From Casimicrobiaceae bacterium (GTDB taxonomy: Bacteria; Pseudomonadota; Gammaproteobacteria; Burkholderiales; Casimicrobiaceae): a stretch of 64,000 nucleotides of DNA. A model generated the notes under the pieces. It did not search any database. It saw only the letters and a program-made list of their open reading frames with translations, and was not told the origin of the DNA. Below are positions 54,292 through 62,344 of the stretch, piece after piece. Every line of letters begins with the position of its first letter. Position 1 is the stretch's first letter. Position numbers and translations under genes: made by a program. The DNA lies in the NCBI GenBank assembly GCA_036382945.1, contig DASVPH010000030.1, positions 7,387 to 71,386 of the forward strand, in the 5' to 3' direction.

Positions 54292-54513
54292 ATGAAGCAG
54301 TCGTCCGTTGTTCACTCCGATCCCGACATCCTGGGTGGTACCCCGGTGCTCGTTGGCACACGGGTCCCCGTCCAGGCACTGATTGACTACATCGAGGGCG
54401 GACACTCCCTCGAAGAGTTCCTCGATGACTTCCCGACTGTGAGCCGGGAAATCGCGGTGGCCGCCCTCGAGCAGGCGAAGGCGCACCTGCTCGCCGATGC
54501 GCGTGCTTCTTGA
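54292..54513 (+). CDS. DUF433 domain antitoxin-like protein
   Basis: DPDILGGTPVLVGTRVPVQALIDYIEGGHSLEEFLDDFP is the DUF433 signature. GAGAGG lies upstream. It overlaps the next ORF by 17 nt. Confidence 0.8.
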   Translation: MKQSSVVHSDPDILGGTPVLVGTRVPVQALIDYIEGGHSLEEFLDDFPTVSREIAVAALEQAKAHLLADARAS

Positions 54514-54683
54514 CGAGTGCGTTCCCCGAGCCCTACGCGCGGAGCCTCCTGACCACGAAGTCAAGACCGTTGCTGAGGCCGGGTGGGCCGGCGTCAAAAA
54601 CGGCTTGCCGCTGCAGCGCGGCAACGCGCTTCGACGTTCTCCTGACCGTCGTGCGAATGCGTCGCGACGAAATACCCGCGTGA
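54497..54683 (+). pseudogene. DUF5615 (PIN/Mut7-C-like) toxin gene, frameshifted and 3'-truncated
   Basis: Frame 0 reads MRVLLDECVPRALR...HEVKTVAEAGWAGVKNG. Similarity continues only in the +1 frame (AATRFDVLLTV) and stops at TGA 54681-54683. Confidence 0.55.
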
Positions 54684-54768
54684 ACACGATCCTGCCGGCG
54701 CGCTCCGCTGCACACGCGGCAATCACATCCTTTTCCAGATCCACACCTACCGTAGTAATCCCGTTCAT
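54649..54768 (-). mobile_element. IS110-family transposase 5' fragment
   Basis: MNGITTVGVDLEKDVIAACAAERAGRIVFTRVFRRDAF resembles the DEDD transposase N-terminus (ITxxGxDLAKxVF...GKxVxxRKLRR). GAGAGGGGAAG lies upstream, and similarity is lost after ~40 aa. Confidence 0.45.
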
Positions 54769-54868
54769 GACTTCCCCTCTCGTTCAGATTGACGGGACAA
54801 CACTTCAATCTTGGCACTTCGATGCCGTGCGGTTCCACCGCTTCGAGTAGGGGAAGTCCCTTCTATTC

Positions 54869-54928
54869 GCTCAACCCGGATGCCTCGCCGGCGGCGCTTG
54901 CGCGCCGTCCGCTCGCGGCCGGTTAGCT
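54869..54928 (+). other. attC-like recombination site
   Basis: GCTCAAC (RYYYAAC) ... GGCGC-TTGC-GCGCC ... GTTAGCT is a 60-bp imperfect palindrome directly after the DUF433/DUF5615 cassette. Confidence 0.45.
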
Positions 54929-54968
54929 TGGTTCATTAGACCTCGCAGCGTCACCGCTTGCGTAGTAC

Positions 54969-54979
54969 ATACAATGTAT
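54969..54979. promoter_or_regulatory. 5-1-5 palindrome in the brnTA promoter region
   Basis: ATACA-A-TGTAT overlaps TACAAT and TATATA -10-like hexamers, 15 nt upstream of the brnT ATG. Confidence 0.35.
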
Positions 54980-54993
54980 ATACCCTCTGAGGC

Positions 54994-55261
54994 ATGGGAT
55001 TCAAGCACGATCCGGCCAAGGCGGCGGCAAATCTCAAGAAACATGGGGTTTCGCTCGCGGACGCCGAAGGCGTGCTTGAGGATCCGCTCGCGGATCACTG
55101 TCGAGGATCCGGATGCCGAAGGTGAACAACGCTTCGTTACGATCGGCCTGGGAAACGCTGGTGACCGTCTTGTGGTGGTCTGGACAGAGCGCGACGCAGA
55201 ATGCCGCCCGATTTCGGCGCGGCGGGCGACGCGAAAGGAACGGAAACAATATGAGGGCTGA
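54994..55261 (+). pseudogene. brnT: BrnT-family toxin gene with +1 frameshift
   Basis: MGFKHDPAKAAANLKKHGVSLADAEGVLEDPLA (frame A, stops at 55125) joins ITVEDPDAEGEQRFVTIGL...ISARRATRKERKQYEG (track ORF frame) if one G of GCGG at 55090-55093 is removed. Confidence 0.7.
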
Positions 55262-55556
55262 GTACGATTTTTCAAAAGGCAAGCGCGGAGCGGTCATCCC
55301 GCAGAAGGGCAAGACGCGCATTTCTATCTTTATCGACAATGCTGTGCTCGACGAATTTCGGGCGCGCGCGGACAAGGCTGGGACGGGATATCAAACCATG
55401 ATGAATGATGCGCTTCGGAAGTACCTATCCGAACCAGACAATCCGGTGACTGAGAAGACGCTACGCCAAGTCTTGCGCCAGGAGATGCCTGAGTACCTAC
55501 GAGGTCTAACCGCCGCATCCACTCGGACGCGCGCCAAAGGCGACGCTCGCCGGTGA
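55251..55556 (+). CDS. brnA: BrnA-family antitoxin
   Basis: MRAEYDFSKGKRG...KTRISIFIDNAVLDEFR...GTGYQTMMNDALRKYL. It overlaps the brnT stop by 11 nt. Confidence 0.8.
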   Translation: MRAEYDFSKGKRGAVIPQKGKTRISIFIDNAVLDEFRARADKAGTGYQTMMNDALRKYLSEPDNPVTEKTLRQVLRQEMPEYLRGLTAASTRTRAKGDARR

Positions 55557-55571
55557 TGCGGATCGTTAGGC
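55504..55571 (+). other. attC-like recombination site
   Basis: GTCTAAC (RYYYAAC)-CGCC-GCATC ... CGCC-AAA-GGCG ... GATGC-GGATC-GTTAGGC (GTTRRRY). It is 68 bp and overlaps the 3' end of brnA. Confidence 0.55.
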
Positions 55572-55579
55572 GTAAAACG

Positions 55580-56086
55580 ATGGGACCAAAGTCAGCCGAG
55601 CTGCGAGCGTTTATGATTCTGCTGGCACTCGCGGCGTGGTTCGGGCCGATAGGCGGGGCGCACGCCGGCACCATGGTCCGCGTGGTCGAAACATGGCCAT
55701 CCGGCGAGGACGTCGTGTTGGGGCGAAACCAGAATTTCTACCTGCGCCTGGCTTATGACACGGACACGCCCGTCGGCATCTGGGTAGCGCCGTACCTCCA
55801 CGGCAAGCGAGTGAGCGCGGGTAGCAGTCCGTCGCAGACTTATTCGGGCAGCGGGGAGACTTTCGGCTCGTTTTTCTTCATGCGGCCCGGAGACGAGGTG
55901 GATGAAATCCGCGTCACTGCGGGGGACGGCAGCACGGACCATACGCCGGTCGTCGCGACCTGGAGCGGACATGTGGCGGGTAGCAGCGAGGCCGTCGGTG
56001 CACAAGCGCAGCCGGCGTGGGTAGCGCAGATGAGCGCGCGTGCCAAGGCGGCGCAGGATCAAGCCTACCGGGAGCGCTGCTCCTGA
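55580..56086 (+). CDS. secreted hypothetical protein (cassette-borne)
   Basis: The ATG lies 9 nt after GTTAGGC. It has signal peptide MGPKSAELRAFMILLALAAWFGPIGGAHAG and no recognised domain. Confidence 0.55.
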   Translation: MGPKSAELRAFMILLALAAWFGPIGGAHAGTMVRVVETWPSGEDVVLGRNQNFYLRLAYDTDTPVGIWVAPYLHGKRVSAGSSPSQTYSGSGETFGSFFFMRPGDEVDEIRVTAGDGSTDHTPVVATWSGHVAGSSEAVGAQAQPAWVAQMSARAKAAQDQAYRERCS

Positions 56087-56202
56087 TCGCCATCGCTTCC
56101 GGTGTGCTCGCGGTGGCTTATCGCGGCTCGATACCTGGGCACCACGATGCCTGGGCGCGAATCGGCTAACATCCTCCGCAGACAATTGCGCGCTCACCGC
56201 CG

Positions 56203-57138
56203 ATGCTCGATCCGGACATCCGTCGCCTGCTCGACACCATCTTCAGCGCACCGCCGCCGGTCGGACCGCCGGATATCGCCGAGCTGCGCGCGGCTGCGGA
56301 GGCCGCGCCCGCGCTCCTGGGCGGTCCCGCCGTCGAGCTCGCCTCGATCCGCGACGTAAGCGCGCCGGGTCCTGCCGGCCCGTTGCCGCTGCGGATCTAC
56401 ATGCCGGACTCGCCTTCGCCTCTGCCGCTCGTGCTCTACGCACACGGCGGCGGCTGGGTCACGGGCTCGCTCGATTCGCACGACAAGCTCTGTCGCATTC
56501 TCGCGCAGGGCCTGCGCGCGCTCGTGGTTGCCGTCGACTATCGACTCGCGCCCGAGAGCCCCTACCCAGCGGCGCTCGACGACGTCGAGGCCGCGTGGCG
56601 GTGGGCGGGCACGCAGGCGCATGCGCTCGGCGCGCACGGCGGACGCTTCGCGCTCGCCGGAGACAGCTCGGGGGCCAATCTGGCCGCGGCGCTGACGCTG
56701 CGCCTCAGGCGCGACGGCGCGGCGCAACCGTGTCTGCAGCTCCTGCTCTATCCTGCGCTCGACGCGACCTGCTCGCGGGCCTCGTATCGCGCCTTCGCGA
56801 GCGGCCACAACCTGACTGCGGCGCAAATGGCGTGGTACTGGGACAGCTATCGCGGCCGCGCTGCGGTCGATGCGCCCGAGCTCTCGCCGCTCGCTGCCGC
56901 CGATCTCGCGCATCTGCCGCCGGCAGTGATCGCAGTCGCCGCAGCCGATGTGCTGCGCGACGACGGCCTGGACTATGCGCGCCGCCTCGAATCCGCTGGC
57001 GTTCCCGTCCGCGTCGTGCAGTGCACCGGCATGATCCACGGCTTTCTGCGCTGGACCGGCGAAGTGCCCGCGGCGGCGCGCTGGATCGATGCGATCGTCG
57101 CGGCGGCGCGCGGCCGGCTCGCGCCCGAGCGCGCCTGA
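56203..57138 (+). CDS. alpha/beta hydrolase, HSL/esterase-lipase family
   Basis: HGGGW oxyanion motif and GDSSG nucleophile elbow. 311 aa. Confidence 0.85.
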   Translation: MLDPDIRRLLDTIFSAPPPVGPPDIAELRAAAEAAPALLGGPAVELASIRDVSAPGPAGPLPLRIYMPDSPSPLPLVLYAHGGGWVTGSLDSHDKLCRILAQGLRALVVAVDYRLAPESPYPAALDDVEAAWRWAGTQAHALGAHGGRFALAGDSSGANLAAALTLRLRRDGAAQPCLQLLLYPALDATCSRASYRAFASGHNLTAAQMAWYWDSYRGRAAVDAPELSPLAAADLAHLPPAVIAVAAADVLRDDGLDYARRLESAGVPVRVVQCTGMIHGFLRWTGEVPAAARWIDAIVAAARGRLAPERA

Positions 57139-57215
57139 ATCGGGTGCAGAGCGTCTCGGCTACGAAAGCCTCGGCGCGGTTGCTGCCGGCGGCGGCCCGC
57201 GGTCGTGTAACCCGA

Positions 57216-57446
57216 TTACCAACTCCCCGAGCTTCCCCCGCCACCCGAGCTGCCTCCGCCGAAGACGAACGCGCCGAGCAGGATGCGTTGCGGCCAGGCA
57301 AGGTTGGGCTCGCGCAAGCGCAAAGCCGAGCTGCTGCTCGTCATCGACGCGCTCGCAGCGGCATCGGCCGCAACGCCAGGGTTGCCTTCGAGCCCGGAGA
57401 TGATCGCGTCGAGGCCTTCGGCGATGCCCCTGTCGCGAGCGCCGGA
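57216..57446 (-). pseudogene. YgcG-like TPM-protein C-terminal remnant
   Basis: RGIAEGLDAIISGLEG...ILLGAFVFGGGSSGGGGSSGSW* is the TM and Gly-rich tail typical of YgcG-type proteins. It has no N-terminal TPM domain and no start. Confidence 0.4.
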
Positions 57447-58100
57447 TCACGACGGGCCCTGCTCTTCGAACGGACCGTCGGGCAGTTCGTCCTCGCCGCC
57501 GGCACGCCGGGCGAAACCCTTGGCGGCGAGCACCTGCCCGAGCAGCGCCACGCCCGCGTGCAGCGCCTCGGGGAAGCGCCCGGCGCGCAACAGCGGCGCC
57601 ATCGCGGCGATGACGCGGTCCCAATCGGCGCCGGCCATCCGACCGTACAAACCGACGTCAGGCAGGATCTCGACCTTGCGCTCGAACTTGCAGACCAGGA
57701 TGAGAATGCCGGTGCGCGCGCGGGTCTTGAACAGCTCGCGGCGCAAGAAGAGCGACTGCGCGTAATGCCGTACCTCCAGGTCGCGCAACGCCCGACGCAG
57801 GAACAGCCGTGCGTACGCGGGGATGAATACCGCGGCGAGCGCGCTCGCGCCGCCGGCGGCGAGGATCGTCACGGTGGTGAGCAGCGCCACCTGCGCCGTG
57901 ATCCAGTCCGGTCGCACCCAGTCGACGATCACCGCCGTCAACGCTGCGAGCGAGACGCCCAGCGCGAAGGCCATCCACGGCAGCCCGGCATAGGCATCCG
58001 CCTTGCCGACGATCGCGGTGACGACCTGCACCCCGGTGCGCGCCTCGACGCGCGCGATGGCGGCGTCGATCGTCTCGGTTTCGCTTCGGGAGATGAACAT
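57447..58100 (-). CDS. TPM domain-containing membrane protein
   Basis: Start at MFISRSETETIDAAIARVEARTG, with TM insertions. FERKVEILPD.G....W is TPM/DUF477-like. Confidence 0.75.
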   Translation of the reverse strand: MFISRSETETIDAAIARVEARTGVQVVTAIVGKADAYAGLPWMAFALGVSLAALTAVIVDWVRPDWITAQVALLTTVTILAAGGASALAAVFIPAYARLFLRRALRDLEVRHYAQSLFLRRELFKTRARTGILILVCKFERKVEILPDVGLYGRMAGADWDRVIAAMAPLLRAGRFPEALHAGVALLGQVLAAKGFARRAGGEDELPDGPFEEQGPS

Positions 58101-58131
58101 GAATGGCTTTCGCGACGAAGAACTGCCCGCT

Positions 58132-58683
58132 CTAGAGCGCGAGCGACATGTACACGACGCCGGCGAGCGGGTTCTCATAATACGGCGCGCACTCGCGGAA
58201 GCCCAGCGCCGCATAGAGCGCGCGCGCCGCCTGCATCCAGTCGAGCGTATCGAGCTTGAGCTCGCGATAGCCGATGGCGCGCGCCTCGCCGACCACCGCA
58301 CGCGCGAGCCGCGCTCCCCAGCCTTCGCCGCGCCGCGCGCGCTGCACGTAGAGGCGTTTTACTTCGCCGACGGCGATTGCGGCCTCGGGTGGGGCCGCAC
58401 TGCAGGCGCACCCCGAGCCGGCGGCGAGCGGTCGCAAGGCCACGCAGCCGAACGCCGCGTCGGTTTCGCCCGCCAGAAGCAACCGCCCGCGCGGCGGCGC
58501 GTACGCGCCGGGCAGGCCCGCGAGCTCGCGGTCGAAACCTTGAAAGCACAGGTCGACCTTGAGCCATCGGGCGTATTCGACGAACAGGGCCCGCGCGAGC
58601 TCGATGTCGCGCGGCGAGCGCGCGGTGCGGATCGACTCGGCACTCGCGGTGCGCTGCGCGCCGGTCAAGGCGTCTTCTCGCAT
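58132..58683 (-). CDS. GNAT family N-acetyltransferase
   Basis: VKRLYVQRARRGEGWGARL (Q/RxxGxG/A motif) ... LYAALGF. Confidence 0.8.
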   Translation of the reverse strand: MREDALTGAQRTASAESIRTARSPRDIELARALFVEYARWLKVDLCFQGFDRELAGLPGAYAPPRGRLLLAGETDAAFGCVALRPLAAGSGCACSAAPPEAAIAVGEVKRLYVQRARRGEGWGARLARAVVGEARAIGYRELKLDTLDWMQAARALYAALGFRECAPYYENPLAGVVYMSLAL

Positions 58684-59315
58684 GTGCCGGTGTTGATCTC
58701 GGTGCCGCTAAAGCCGGTCTGCAGCTCCTTCATTCGCGCCACGGCGCTCGCCGGCGGATCGCGCACGACCAGCACCGTCTCCGTGACCGACTGCACCCGC
58801 GGTCCGACTTTCGCCGTGCTGACGCCTCGCGCCTGCAACGCGGCGAGCCGCGCCTGCGCCGCCTCCTCGGTGCGGAACACGCCAAGCGAGATCGCCAAGC
58901 GTTGCGCTCCGCTGTCGATCAGCGCGACGTCTCGAATGCCCTGTGCCTTGAGCTCCTCGAGCCGTCGATCGGCTGCCGCCTTGTTGGCCGCCGGGGCGAT
59001 GAACACCCAGTAGTTGACAATGACCTCGGCCTTCTTCTGGCTGATCAGGCGCGAGAGGTCGAGCGGCTCGAGCGCGGCGAGCGCGCGTGTCTTGTCGCCC
59101 TCGGTGAACGGTCCCCATTCGACGCACACGTCGGCGAGCTCGGAGGCTTTGGCCGGACCGAGCGCGGCGACCTGCTGCGGCGTGAGCAGGCTGATCTTGT
59201 CCGGCTGCACCTGCTGCGACAAGCGTATGCCCTCGCCCGCGCTCATGTTGTCGAGATAGATGTAGCCGACCAGCGCGAGGTTGGCGAGCAGCAGCAGGAC
59301 GACGAGCGTTCTCAT
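58665..59315 (-). CDS. SPOR domain-containing protein
   Basis: N-terminal TM helix MRTLVVLLLLANLALVGYIY. The C-terminal SPOR-like segment is YWVFI......AA......L...G......SLGVF...EAA. Confidence 0.75.
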   Translation of the reverse strand: MRTLVVLLLLANLALVGYIYLDNMSAGEGIRLSQQVQPDKISLLTPQQVAALGPAKASELADVCVEWGPFTEGDKTRALAALEPLDLSRLISQKKAEVIVNYWVFIAPAANKAAADRRLEELKAQGIRDVALIDSGAQRLAISLGVFRTEEAAQARLAALQARGVSTAKVGPRVQSVTETVLVVRDPPASAVARMKELQTGFSGTEINTGTCEKTP

Positions 59316-59338
59316 CCTCGGCTCAGGAGCCTGTCGGG

Positions 59339-60082
59339 CTAGTAACCGCTTTCGGCAAGGGCGAGCACGCCCTCGAGCACCAGATTATCCACGACCTCCA
59401 CCGGAGCGGTAAGGTACGGCGCGATGTCGGCAGCTGCACCGCCGGCGAGGAAAGCCTTCGGCGCGGGACCGTCGCCGGCCAGGCGCCGGCGCATCTGTTC
59501 GATCGCACCGCACACCGCCTGCATCGTCCCGGAGGCGAGCGCATCGGCGGTGTTGATGGGGAAGTCGTGCACGCGCCCCGGCGGCACCTTGAGCGCCGCG
59601 GTGCTCGCCGAGAGCGCCTGCAGCATCATGTTGAGGCCGGGCAGCACGAACCCGCCGCGGAATACGCCGTTCTCGTCGAGCGCGTCGACCGTCACCGCGG
59701 TGCCGGCGTTGACGACCACGCAGGAGGAGGGAAAGAGCTCGTTCGCCGACCGCCGCCGGGCTGCGATCAGCGAAGCCCAACGATCCGCGCCGAGCTGCGA
59801 CGCTCGCGCGTAGCGGTTGTAGACGCCGCAGGCTTCCTCCTGCGCGATCAGCCACTCCGGGGTCAGACGCCAGCGCACGAGCTGCGCTTCGACGCGCACG
59901 CGGGTCGCCTCGCCGGCGACGTTCACGCCGACCACGCGCGAAGGTCGCGCCAGGCTCTGCCAGTCGCGCAGCGCGAGCGTCCCGATCTCCTGATTGAGGA
60001 TGTTGCCTTGCGCGATCCAGCCGTGCGGCCCGGCCAGCGCCCACTTGAAGCGGCTGTTGCCGCAGTCGAGCAACAGGATCAC
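59339..60082 (-). CDS. coaX: type III pantothenate kinase
   Basis: MILLLDCGNSRFKWA and VVVNAGTAVTVD. ATGA-type overlap with birA. Confidence 0.9.
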   Translation of the reverse strand: MILLLDCGNSRFKWALAGPHGWIAQGNILNQEIGTLALRDWQSLARPSRVVGVNVAGEATRVRVEAQLVRWRLTPEWLIAQEEACGVYNRYARASQLGADRWASLIAARRRSANELFPSSCVVVNAGTAVTVDALDENGVFRGGFVLPGLNMMLQALSASTAALKVPPGRVHDFPINTADALASGTMQAVCGAIEQMRRRLAGDGPAPKAFLAGGAAADIAPYLTAPVEVVDNLVLEGVLALAESGY

Positions 60083-61059
60083 GGCCGCCGCAGCGAGACT
60101 TCGCCGTTGACGAAACGCAGCCGCCGTCCGCCGCTGTCGAGAACGAGCGCGCCGTCGGCGTCCACGCCGAAGACCTCGCCGCGCACCCGCCCGCCGTCAG
60201 GCAGCAGCACCTGCACCGGCTTTTTCTGCAGCACGTGCCGCCGCTGCCACGCGGTACGCAGCGGCGCGAAGCCCGCGGCGGCGTAGGCGTCGAGCACGCC
60301 GGCGAGCTCCGCCGCGATGCGCGCGGTGAGCGCATTGCGATCGATCGTGCGTCCCGGCACCATCTCGGCGAGATCGACGACCGGGTGCCCGACGTCGCGC
60401 CGCGCTCCGGTCGGCAGGCGGACGTTGAGCCCGACGCCGATCACCGCGAGTGAGGGCCCGAGCGCGTCGCCGGAGAGCTCGACCAGGATGCCGCCGAGCT
60501 TGCGCGCGTCGTAGATCAGGTCGTTCGGCCATTTGAGCCCGACCCCCGCGAAGCCTTCGGCCTCCAGCGCGACGGCGAGCCCAAGCCCGACCGCGAGCGG
60601 CAGCGCCGAGAGGTAGCCCGCGCCCTGCTCGAAGCGCCAGCCCAGCGAGAACGTGAGACTGCCGCCGATGACCGACGTCCAGGTGCGACCGCGCCGGCCG
60701 CGTCCCGCCGTCTGGCATTCGGCGGCCAAAAGATGCCGGTGGATATCGCCGTGCGCGGCGCGGCGCGCGAGCTCGCTGCTGGTGGAATCGAGCACGTCGG
60801 CGATCTCGATCGAAAGCGCAGGGGTCCGCGGCCCCAGCATGCGGCTGATCGCGTCGCGCTCGAGAAACGGCAGCGCATCGCGCAACCGGTAGCCGTGGCC
60901 GCGCCGGCGCTCGAGCTCGAGCCCCGCCGCGAGCGCTTCGCGCAACACCTGCGAAACGCGGGCGCGGGTGACGCCGCTCGCCGCAGCCAGCGCCTCGCCC
61001 GAGTGCAGCTCGCCGTCGGAGAGCCGGCGCAACAGGGAAAAGCCGAGAGGCGAGAGCAC
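60079..61059 (-). CDS. birA: bifunctional biotin--[acetyl-CoA-carboxylase] ligase / repressor
   Basis: N-terminal HTH (SGEALA...GVTRARVSQ) and the GRGRRGRTW biotin-binding loop. Confidence 0.88.
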   Translation of the reverse strand: MLSPLGFSLLRRLSDGELHSGEALAAASGVTRARVSQVLREALAAGLELERRRGHGYRLRDALPFLERDAISRMLGPRTPALSIEIADVLDSTSSELARRAAHGDIHRHLLAAECQTAGRGRRGRTWTSVIGGSLTFSLGWRFEQGAGYLSALPLAVGLGLAVALEAEGFAGVGLKWPNDLIYDARKLGGILVELSGDALGPSLAVIGVGLNVRLPTGARRDVGHPVVDLAEMVPGRTIDRNALTARIAAELAGVLDAYAAAGFAPLRTAWQRRHVLQKKPVQVLLPDGGRVRGEVFGVDADGALVLDSGGRRLRFVNGEVSLRRP

Positions 61060-61084
61060 GGGTGGAGCGCTACAAGCGCGGACT

Positions 61085-62167
61085 TTAGCCCTTCAACACG
61101 CCGCGCCGGATCTGATCGAGCTCGATCGACTCGAACAGCGCGCGGAAGTTGCCTTCGCCGAAGCCCTCGTTGCCCTTGCGCTGGATGATCTCGAAGAAGA
61201 TCGGACCGATGACGGTGGTGGTGAAGATCTGCAGCAGCATCTCGTCCTTCGCGGGCGTGCCGTCGAGGAGGATGCGGTTGCGCTTGAGCCGCGCGGTGTC
61301 CTCCTTGTGATTCGGCAGGCGGGTCGCGAGCAGCTCGTAGTAGGTGTCGGGGGTGTCCTGGAAGGCGACCCCGCGCCGGCGCAGCTCTTCCACGGTGGCG
61401 TGGATGTCGCCGGTGCCAAGCGCGACGTGCTGGATGCCTTCGCCGTGGTACGCGACGAGGTACTCCTGGATCTGCGACTTGTCGTCGGCGCTCTCGTTCA
61501 CCGGGATGCGGATCTTGCCGCAGGGGCTCGCCATCGCCTTGCTCTTCAAGCCGGTGAGCTTGCCCTCGATGTCGAAGTAGCGCACCTCGCGGAAGTTGAA
61601 CAGCCGCTGGTAGAAGCCGGCCCACTCGTCCATCCGGCCGCGGTGCACGTTGTGGGTCAGGTGATCGATGTAGGTGAGCCCTGCGCCCGCCGGATGCTGA
61701 TCGGCGCCGGCGAGCGGAACGAAGTCGACGTCGTAGATCGACACACCGGTGCCGTTGCCCGGATAGCGATCGACGAGATAGATCAGCGAATCGCCGATGC
61801 CCTTGATCGCCGGAATGTTGAGCTCCATCGGCCCGGGGTGCGCTTCGACGCCCCACGCGCCCTGGGCGATCGCGCTCCGGTAGGCGTGCGCCGCGTCCTT
61901 GACGCGAAAGGCAATCGCGCAGATCGACGGGCCGTGCACGCGCGCGAACGCCTGCGCGAAGCTGCCCGGCTCGGCGTTGACGATGAAGTTGATCTCCCCC
62001 TGGCGATACAGGGTCACGTTCTTGGAGCGGTGCCCGGCGACCGCTGCGAAGCCCAGTCGGCGGAAGAGCTTGCCGAGAGCCGGGGGATCGGGCGCGGCGT
62101 ATTCGACGAACTCGAAGCCGTCGGTGCCGAGCGGATTGTCCCAGAGCGGTGGCTGCGCGCTGCCCAT
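61085..62167 (-). CDS. hppD: 4-hydroxyphenylpyruvate dioxygenase
   Basis: 360 aa from the ATG at 62167. GFEFVEY, IDHLTHNV, GIQHVAL and FFEIIQRKG are HPPD hallmarks. Confidence 0.92.
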   Translation of the reverse strand: MGSAQPPLWDNPLGTDGFEFVEYAAPDPPALGKLFRRLGFAAVAGHRSKNVTLYRQGEINFIVNAEPGSFAQAFARVHGPSICAIAFRVKDAAHAYRSAIAQGAWGVEAHPGPMELNIPAIKGIGDSLIYLVDRYPGNGTGVSIYDVDFVPLAGADQHPAGAGLTYIDHLTHNVHRGRMDEWAGFYQRLFNFREVRYFDIEGKLTGLKSKAMASPCGKIRIPVNESADDKSQIQEYLVAYHGEGIQHVALGTGDIHATVEELRRRGVAFQDTPDTYYELLATRLPNHKEDTARLKRNRILLDGTPAKDEMLLQIFTTTVIGPIFFEIIQRKGNEGFGEGNFRALFESIELDQIRRGVLKG

Positions 62168-62280
62168 GCCGGTTTTCGTGCCGCTAGCCAAAATATTGTA
62201 GAGCAGCCGTGTGGCGCGTGGTGAGCCCGTGGCCTGCTTGGGGCACGGCTCGTGGAACGCCACGTCGCGTGTCGGTCACT

Positions 62281-62344
62281 GCGTCGACTCGCCTCGCGCG
62301 ATCCCCGCGCTCCGCGCGGGGGCCCTCGCTGCGGGCTCGCGCTG
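62281..62344. repeat. 64-nt GCGAG-rich element (inverted copy of 45006-45070)
   Basis: It directly follows the TAG stop (62347-62345) of the oxidoreductase gene. It contains the CCCCGCGC-tcc-GCGCGGGG hairpin. Confidence 0.8.

Noticed and set aside
56164-56170. GGCTAAC as the distal attC boundary of the integron array.
   Set aside because: It is only a single R''-like heptamer, non-canonical at position 2, with no partner core or palindrome. It is mentioned only as a possibility.
57447-57449. TGA as selenocysteine or programmed readthrough joining the TPM gene to the Gly-rich tail.
   Set aside because: The TPM protein ends where homologues end. I can identify no SECIS-like hairpin directly downstream, and the tail belongs to a different TPM subfamily.
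56040-58259. 739-aa plus-strand ORF.
   Set aside because: It is out of frame with the esterase gene and antisense to the TPM and GNAT genes. Its composition is Arg/Ala/Gly homopolymer-like.
60516-62224. 446-aa minus-strand and 418-aa plus-strand ORFs overlapping birA and hppD.
   Set aside because: They are alternative or antisense frames of two genes with diagnostic motifs (GRGRRGRTW, HPPD blocks).
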